This document shows positions 58,358-64,000 of a stretch of DNA of 64,000 nt, one piece after another; positions within the stretch are counted from its first letter, which is position 1, and the number at the start of each line of letters is the position of its first letter. Source of the DNA: Candidatus Dojkabacteria bacterium HGW-Dojkabacteria-1 (GTDB lineage Bacteria > Patescibacteriota > Dojkabacteria > SC72). Below the pieces are notes generated by a model. It did no database searches. It had not been told where the DNA came from and was given only the letters and a program-made list of their open reading frames with translations. Where the stretch lies: positions 652,360-716,359 of the forward strand of contig PHAO01000001.1 of the NCBI GenBank assembly GCA_002840365.1. The letters are read 5' to 3'. The position numbers and the translations under genes are program-made.

Positions 58358-59050
58358 TTATAAACATATCTGGTCTTTGAATTTGTCAAATGTAGCCTGC
58401 CCTATTCCACTAACATTCATAATGTCTTCTAATTTTTCATATGGCCTACCATCGATAATCTTCTGTGCGGTAGAGGGTCCTACACCATTTAAGGTCTCTA
58501 ATTGTGTCTTACTTGCACTATTTATACTTATACAATCACTCTCCTCTTCTCCAGGCTCTACAGGAGGTTTAGGTTCAGTTATATTAGTAATCTCTTTAGG
58601 TAATTTGAAGTCTATTATCTGGCATATGGAATCCTCTTCGAATGGTATATATACCTTAGAGTTATCTGTAAGTAATGTTGCTAGATTCACTCTCATAGAG
58701 ACATACTTTTGTGCAAAACCGTCAACAAATCCGTTTGCCTTCTTAACAAGATCCACTACCGCGCTATCCTTTTCTAGACAATATACTCCTGGCTTCTTTA
58801 CAGCTCCTGATATATCTACACGTATTGGACATAGTTCTCTCTCTTCATCCTTTTCTATTAATGGTTGTTCTATTTCCGTTTTTTCTTCTTCTACAATACC
58901 TATATCTACAACCTTTTCCCCCTTTATTTCTTCTAATATTACTAATATATCTTCCTTACCCATGGATGCTACTACAAAACCACAAAGAAAACCTAAAAGA
59001 AAAAAAGAGGAAAGGACTAAGATGTTTTTTGTTTTAACAGAGGATTCCAT
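58358..59050 (-). CDS. comEA: Competence protein ComEA (SLBB plus tandem HhH DNA-binding)
   Basis: N-terminal TM and C-terminal INSASKTQLETLNGVGPSTAQKIIDGRPYEKLEDIMNVSGIGQATFDKF (HhH x2). Directly upstream of comEC. Confidence 0.8.
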   Translation of the reverse strand: MESSVKTKNILVLSSFFLLGFLCGFVVASMGKEDILVILEEIKGEKVVDIGIVEEEKTEIEQPLIEKDEERELCPIRVDISGAVKKPGVYCLEKDSAVVDLVKKANGFVDGFAQKYVSMRVNLATLLTDNSKVYIPFEEDSICQIIDFKLPKEITNITEPKPPVEPGEEESDCISINSASKTQLETLNGVGPSTAQKIIDGRPYEKLEDIMNVSGIGQATFDKFKDQICL

Positions 59051-59110
59051 TTACACAATTGTAAATGGTACTTATGAAGTAAAAATGAATATTAATATCC
59101 TCTAGCGCGC

Positions 59111-59737
59111 CTATTCTGTAATTTGTATGCTATTGATTACAATTTTGTTTAAGGGCCTATAGCTTTCGTTTGTCTCTGCTTTCGAAATAGCATCAACAAC
59201 AGAGAACCCGCTTGTGACTCTTCCTATTACAGAATACTCTCCGTTGAATTCACTTTTGTCGGAATTTGGAAGAACTATGAAAAATTGCGATGCATTTGCC
59301 ATTCCTACTGTGTAATCAGAAAAGTTTTCTCTCGTATTCTCTAGGCCTACTATATATCCCGGATCTCCATTACCATCTCCCTTCGCATCACCTGTTTGTA
59401 TCACAAAATCTTTTATTACCTTATGAAATGTTAATCCTTCGTAGTATCTTTCACTTATTAGAAATAGTAGACTGTTAACATTTTGAGGTGCTTTATCTTC
59501 GTACAAATCGATATTTATATCCCCAATGTTTTCTACTTTAATAGTAATGCTGTAATCAACACCCTCTTGTAGAAACTGCCTAGGTTGAGTATATGATCCC
59601 CTGTTATTAGTAAGGGGGCCTGTAGGCGAATACAAACCTGAGTTTAAAGAGAACATTATTATTACGCTTACAACAAGAAGTGCAAATGCTAAAAAAAGAA
59701 ACTTTTTGTTATCTCCCAATGCCTCTTTTACTCCCAT
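59111..59737 (-). CDS. Cyclophilin-type peptidyl-prolyl cis-trans isomerase, membrane-anchored/secreted
   Basis: N-terminal TM (FLFLAFALLVVSVIIMF), then YEGLTFHKVIKDFVIQTGDAKGDGNGDPGY and FSVVDAISK, a PPIase cyclophilin signature. Confidence 0.85.
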   Translation of the reverse strand: MGVKEALGDNKKFLFLAFALLVVSVIIMFSLNSGLYSPTGPLTNNRGSYTQPRQFLQEGVDYSITIKVENIGDINIDLYEDKAPQNVNSLLFLISERYYEGLTFHKVIKDFVIQTGDAKGDGNGDPGYIVGLENTRENFSDYTVGMANASQFFIVLPNSDKSEFNGEYSVIGRVTSGFSVVDAISKAETNESYRPLNKIVINSIQITE

Positions 59738-59754
59738 ATATTTTATTTAAAAAA

Positions 59755-62625
59755 TTATTTAGCCCACCAGAAAGGCTGTTTCTCGCCATCATTGAACCAT
59801 TTTCCATGTCTCATTATTTGATCCATACTTGGACCAGCACTAATATAGTTTATATTAACACTTGAAAGATATGGTGTTAAGTATGGTAGCTTCGTTGTGA
59901 ATATGAATTTGTATTGAAGATATGGATTTTCTACGCTACCAGAAAATGCAGAATATTCATTTTCTTTTATAGGAGATATAAAATGTATATCCTTAATTCT
60001 TGAAGAATCTTGGCTAAGAAGGAAAAGTGTTTCAAGGTTTGTTTCATTATCAATATACAACTGTATTGGTATATGCTCTCTTTGCCATTTATATATTTTT
60101 ACATTTTCACTAAATCCTCCCAAAGGAAATTCTCCTATCCAATCTTTAATTTCCAAAAGACCCGTTACTTTGTTAATCTGAGTAACTTCTCCCTCTAATA
60201 TGTATTTCTTACCCTCTATCTCCTCTTCTAGAACAATAGTTTCACCAACATAAAGGTTTTGAATATAGTTTGAAGACATACTACCTTCCTCTCTTATATA
60301 TATACTCTTGTTTTCAAGTGAGGAGAATGTTGAAGGATTTTGTAATTTAGCAATAAAGGATGGTTTAAATGTATATCTCCTATTACTGACACTAAATACG
60401 GAGTATACGTCTACATTCTCATCTTCAGATATCCTAAAGTTCTCTATAGTACTATTATTAGCTGCTTGTTCATCACTACACCCCATTCCAATATTGTAAT
60501 CACCAACATTATTCAACGAACTAGGTATTTGGGCAGTAGATTTGTTTCCATTTAAATATACAGATATAGATCCATCTTCTACCTTTAAAGCAACATGATT
60601 ATCAATGTTTTGTATATATGAATCATCAGAGAGGATCTTCCTATTTTGATTTTCTACCGATATCTTACCCTCCAATGTACTGTACATAGATATATCACCT
60701 ATTCTTAACAGACATGAGTATGAATTTGTTTCAGGTTTAAACCAAAGATCTGTATATTTTAGATTTTCTAAAGAATAATGCCCTTGTGAATTCTCTAATA
60801 TTGTCGTATTCAAAGACTGCAAACCTGCATCTATGGGATTCTTACTTATATATATCTCTTCTTCTTTATCTCCTTTGTAAAGGAAAGATATTAAATCATA
60901 TCCAACAAGAGAACCACTATCGGTAGTAAGATATATTCCACCATCCTTCTCTTCAATTTGAGGTGTTAGTTTAGAATTGTATATCCACTCCCCCCATTTA
61001 TTTCCTTCATTACTACTTCTGTATGTTAGGTACACATTTGCATATTGAGAATTAGAGACAACCTCATAGCTTGTCAAAAGCCTATTGTATGCCCTTAACA
61101 TTTCAATATATCCGAAAATGCTTGAATTCCCCCCAAGTATAATTGAGCCTAGAGTGTTTTGAGTACCAAATACAACTGGTATTTTTTCTTCCTTACCATC
61201 GATATAAAGGTGGATTTGACTATTATTCAAATCAAATATTACTGCAACATGATTCCATTTGTTATATTCAACAATCATATTTGAATCGAAAGTTTCTCCA
61301 TTACTATTTTGGAAAGAATATTTTCCATTCTTTACTATTAAATTTCCAAGGTTTGATCTAAAGATATTTTCTTGTATATTTTCATCCCTGTATCTCTGAT
61401 ATTTCCAAAGCTCAATAGTGAAGTATGAGCTACTTGCAGAGTTAATATTATACGTCTTAGACTGGCTATCTACTCCAACAGGAAGTTTTTCTAATTTTTC
61501 CTCTACCAATATGCCCAACTTAGAGAATGGTACATGCTTATCTCCTGTTGCTGACCCAAAAGCATTCCAATATATATTCTCTAAGATAGCACTACCCCCT
61601 AGAGGCAATACTCCAGAGATATATTCTCCGCTAAGAAATTCCTTAAGTCTAATTGAATATGTTTGATCTTGGATGGTTCTATCATATACACCCATATCGA
61701 ATGATAAACTACTGTCATGAACTATACTTGGATCTATCCTTATAGGGAAAACTCTTTCCTCACTTAGTAGCCAATTGGCATCCAATATTAACTCATATAT
61801 ATATTCATTCTCCTTCTCCGTTGCCCTTATATCTACGAATACATTACTTGTCTTGTTTCCCAAAGCATCTACAGCAAATTCAGGTAAAAAATGTGCGAAA
61901 TAGTTACCCTGCCCATCTGTTAGATACTGCGTACCCGAAGGAAAGCCTGGAAGACTTGTAATACTTCTCTTGAGCTCAAGTCCTTCATCTAGTGTAATCC
62001 TAAATACATACCTGTTTGCAGGTAATATGCATTCCTTTTCATTACACTCAGAAGTATATTCAGGTAGCTCATTTAAAATTATTTCTTCTTTAAGACCTTT
62101 ACCTTCTACTATTTGATATTCAATATCTATACCTTTGTATATGCCTCTTGAAACAATTGTATCCTTAGAAACAGCTTGAGAATCGTCCCCATATATATTT
62201 TTCCCACTTTGAACAAGCTCTATACTCTTTCTAAGTTCCAAATCTTCGAATTCTTTTCCTGCGATGCTAGAGATTGTCTCATCATATGATATTGTTTCAA
62301 GCCTAAGCTCTAAACCTAATTTCTTTCTTTCAAGTCCTAAGTAATACTTTATTTTCTCCCATATATTTCCTTTTGTTTCTTCAAAAGGATTCTTGTAGGA
62401 CTTTACACTTTCAAACCTTATATATTCCCCATCTATGAAATCTACACTAAATTTTGGATTAACATTTCTAAAATATGTACCTCCTTCTTGAGCTTTAACA
62501 ATATTGCCATTTTCCCTACTAGAGGTTTTCTGTATTAAAAAGAAAATAGAGAAGATTAGAAAGATACCTATTAAAAGGTACCCACTACATATGAGTACTT
62601 TCTTAAAAGTATATTTCTTTTTCAT
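59755..62625 (-). CDS. Large secreted/membrane-anchored protein with two LamG-like (concanavalin A-like lectin) jellyroll domains
   Basis: N-terminal TM (VLICSGYLLIGIFLIFSIFFLI). LamG-type segments NHVAVIFDLNNSQIHLYIDGKEE...GYIEMLRAYNRLLTSYEV and DNHVALKVEDGSISVYLNGNKS. 956 aa. Confidence 0.6.
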   Translation of the reverse strand: MKKKYTFKKVLICSGYLLIGIFLIFSIFFLIQKTSSRENGNIVKAQEGGTYFRNVNPKFSVDFIDGEYIRFESVKSYKNPFEETKGNIWEKIKYYLGLERKKLGLELRLETISYDETISSIAGKEFEDLELRKSIELVQSGKNIYGDDSQAVSKDTIVSRGIYKGIDIEYQIVEGKGLKEEIILNELPEYTSECNEKECILPANRYVFRITLDEGLELKRSITSLPGFPSGTQYLTDGQGNYFAHFLPEFAVDALGNKTSNVFVDIRATEKENEYIYELILDANWLLSEERVFPIRIDPSIVHDSSLSFDMGVYDRTIQDQTYSIRLKEFLSGEYISGVLPLGGSAILENIYWNAFGSATGDKHVPFSKLGILVEEKLEKLPVGVDSQSKTYNINSASSSYFTIELWKYQRYRDENIQENIFRSNLGNLIVKNGKYSFQNSNGETFDSNMIVEYNKWNHVAVIFDLNNSQIHLYIDGKEEKIPVVFGTQNTLGSIILGGNSSIFGYIEMLRAYNRLLTSYEVVSNSQYANVYLTYRSSNEGNKWGEWIYNSKLTPQIEEKDGGIYLTTDSGSLVGYDLISFLYKGDKEEEIYISKNPIDAGLQSLNTTILENSQGHYSLENLKYTDLWFKPETNSYSCLLRIGDISMYSTLEGKISVENQNRKILSDDSYIQNIDNHVALKVEDGSISVYLNGNKSTAQIPSSLNNVGDYNIGMGCSDEQAANNSTIENFRISEDENVDVYSVFSVSNRRYTFKPSFIAKLQNPSTFSSLENKSIYIREEGSMSSNYIQNLYVGETIVLEEEIEGKKYILEGEVTQINKVTGLLEIKDWIGEFPLGGFSENVKIYKWQREHIPIQLYIDNETNLETLFLLSQDSSRIKDIHFISPIKENEYSAFSGSVENPYLQYKFIFTTKLPYLTPYLSSVNINYISAGPSMDQIMRHGKWFNDGEKQPFWWAK

Positions 62626-62628
62626 TTA

Positions 62629-64000
62629 CTATAGCCCCCTGTTATAGTTTAGAGAGATGTCACCAACCCTTACATAATAATTCTCTTTCGAATACATAGA
62701 GAGTCGTAATGTACATGAATCACCTGCTTTCTTACATTGCGTAATATCTACTGCTTTAAGGGTCATTCTTTCCCATGCTCCAGGCATCTTACTTATACCG
62801 TTCTTTGTCTCTGTATCTATACCGCTATCTCCCATAAGGGCTATTTCTACTTTATTGTTTGTAATTGATGCAGAATTCTCTGTCATAAAGTCCAAAGCTA
62901 TTGCATCTTCTTTCCAACTTACAAAGTCACTTGGTAGCGTGATTCTTACTAATATATCGTAATCTTGAAGTGTTTCTCTGTCTGATTTCCATTCGTAGTA
63001 ATTCTTAAATACTCCTCCCGTATTTATAGCATCAGAGGTCATTCTCCCATGATTATCACTTCCATCAGCATATAGGATTGCTCCACTATATTCAGGAGAT
63101 ATTACTACGTTAGATGTTAAATCTCCCATTTCTACCCAATTTATTCCATCATTAGAAAATTCTAACCTCTTCTTTTCAACGTTATACCTTATTCCTCCCT
63201 CACTACTACCACTTCCAAGCCTAATGGTGCCTTTTGTATATATATCATTCCATCTATTACCACTATTTCCTATATCAGAGAACATACCAGACGTGTAAAG
63301 TGTACCTGAGGTTGTTAGACCATCTTTTGTTACCGCAAAATTGTCACTAACTCCTAAAAGTATATTGTTTAATGAGTACTCTTTCGTTGTAGTATTAGAG
63401 CCTACATATGTAAAAGATACAACAGACCACCCACTACCCGTTTCTGGTAGCACCTTCACAATATTATTGTTTGTATTCTCTATGTACATTTCAAGATATG
63501 TAACTCCATTTACATTGTTTATCCTTACTTTCGAGAAATTGTTACCTCCTGAAATGAAGTTTGAGATAATGTTTATATTAGATTCACTCCCCATTCTATT
63601 TACTTCTAATACAGAATTTTGAGATGATCCCAGACTTGTATTACTTATTCTAATTCTCCCAAAGGCTTGGTCAGAATCAGCTTTTGCAACACGATACCAT
63701 CCTGCTTGACCAGTGATAGTGCCCACTGCATTTCCAACAGGAGCATTAATTGATGCCAGGGTCCCTTGTATCTCTTTTATCTGTTTTTCATGTTTCTGGA
63801 GTTCTTTCATGTTTAGGACGCTGATCAGCTCATATACTACAGAAAGTATCTCTCCGTTTTCCCTATACCTTACTAACTCTGGAATATATTTCTCTACCTC
63901 TTCGGCTATTAAACCGAATGTTTTTGGAGTACCTGCAGAATCTGTTTTCCAGTTAAAACTAGTTGGTCTAAGGTTGTAAATTAGACTACTATCTATTTCT
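62629..64000 (-). CDS. Partial CDS (5' end beyond window): protein with a phage-tail-fibre-type intramolecular chaperone / peptidase S74-like segment followed by about 390-aa beta-rich C-terminal region
   Basis: The reading frame stays open upstream of the Met at 63810 to the window edge. The encoded segment ...DSAGTPKTFGLIAEEVEKYIPELVRYRENGEILSVVYELISVLNMKELQKHEKQIKEIQGTL resembles an endosialidase-chaperone (ICA) domain. The ORF-track annotation 62629..63810 is the trimmed portion. Confidence 0.55.
   Translation of the reverse strand, partial: EIDSSLIYNLRPTSFNWKTDSAGTPKTFGLIAEEVEKYIPELVRYRENGEILSVVYELISVLNMKELQKHEKQIKEIQGTLASINAPVGNAVGTITGQAGWYRVAKADSDQAFGRIRISNTSLGSSQNSVLEVNRMGSESNINIISNFISGGNNFSKVRINNVNGVTYLEMYIENTNNNIVKVLPETGSGWSVVSFTYVGSNTTTKEYSLNNILLGVSDNFAVTKDGLTTSGTLYTSGMFSDIGNSGNRWNDIYTKGTIRLGSGSSEGGIRYNVEKKRLEFSNDGINWVEMGDLTSNVVISPEYSGAILYADGSDNHGRMTSDAINTGGVFKNYYEWKSDRETLQDYDILVRITLPSDFVSWKEDAIALDFMTENSASITNNKVEIALMGDSGIDTETKNGISKMPGAWERMTLKAVDITQCKKAGDSCTLRLSMYSKENYYVRVGDISLNYNRGL

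Noticed and set aside
58377-59105. 242-aa plus-strand ORF antisense to comEA
   Set aside because: It is fully contained antisense within comEA, which has clear HhH motifs, and is Ser/Phe-rich low complexity.

Overview
This 64-kb window is AT-rich (roughly one-third GC) and densely coded, mostly with bacterial housekeeping genes in conserved order. Recognisable blocks: rnhC-cysS-recR-ybaB-dnaX-mfd (minus strand); pth-ybeY-yqeY-rpsU; rseP-frr and tsf-rpsB; radC-topA; mrdA-mreD-mreC-mreB-rpmB; a tRNA cluster with rpmG and tRNA-Trp leading into secE-nusG-rplK-rplA-rplJ-rplL; uvrA, proS, a form II/III-type RuBisCO large subunit, argS, a frameshifted comEC, comEA and a cyclophilin. There are nine canonical tRNAs plus one tRNA-like remnant. 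The gene content (form II/III RuBisCO, small proteins, weak Shine-Dalgarno use, Gram-positive-like surface proteins) suggests, by inference only, a small-genome, possibly Patescibacteria/CPR-like bacterium. The most unusual locus is at 34.5-42.6 kb: a stand-alone 7TM membrane protein, then four different ATP-grasp amidoligases in a row. The first is fused to a retropepsin-like tail and two are cyanophycin-synthetase-like. They converge on a DUF1704/QEGLA (MATCAP-like) zinc peptidase that is co-oriented with a second MreB paralog. I read this as a candidate peptide ligation/trimming system, uncharacterised in this configuration. Other points: a four-gene secreted surface-protein operon at the 5' end; a Cys-rich putative sortase substrate; ribosomal protein S2 with an RNAP alpha-CTD-like HhH extension; pyrH missing from the rpsB-tsf-frr operon; a GC-rich SD-driven micro-ORF and hairpin in the rplA-rplJ leader; a structured ~140-nt RNA candidate next to tRNAs; two degenerate REC-like paralogs beside RuBisCO; and a partial protein with a phage-type intramolecular-chaperone (peptidase S74-like) domain at the 3' edge.
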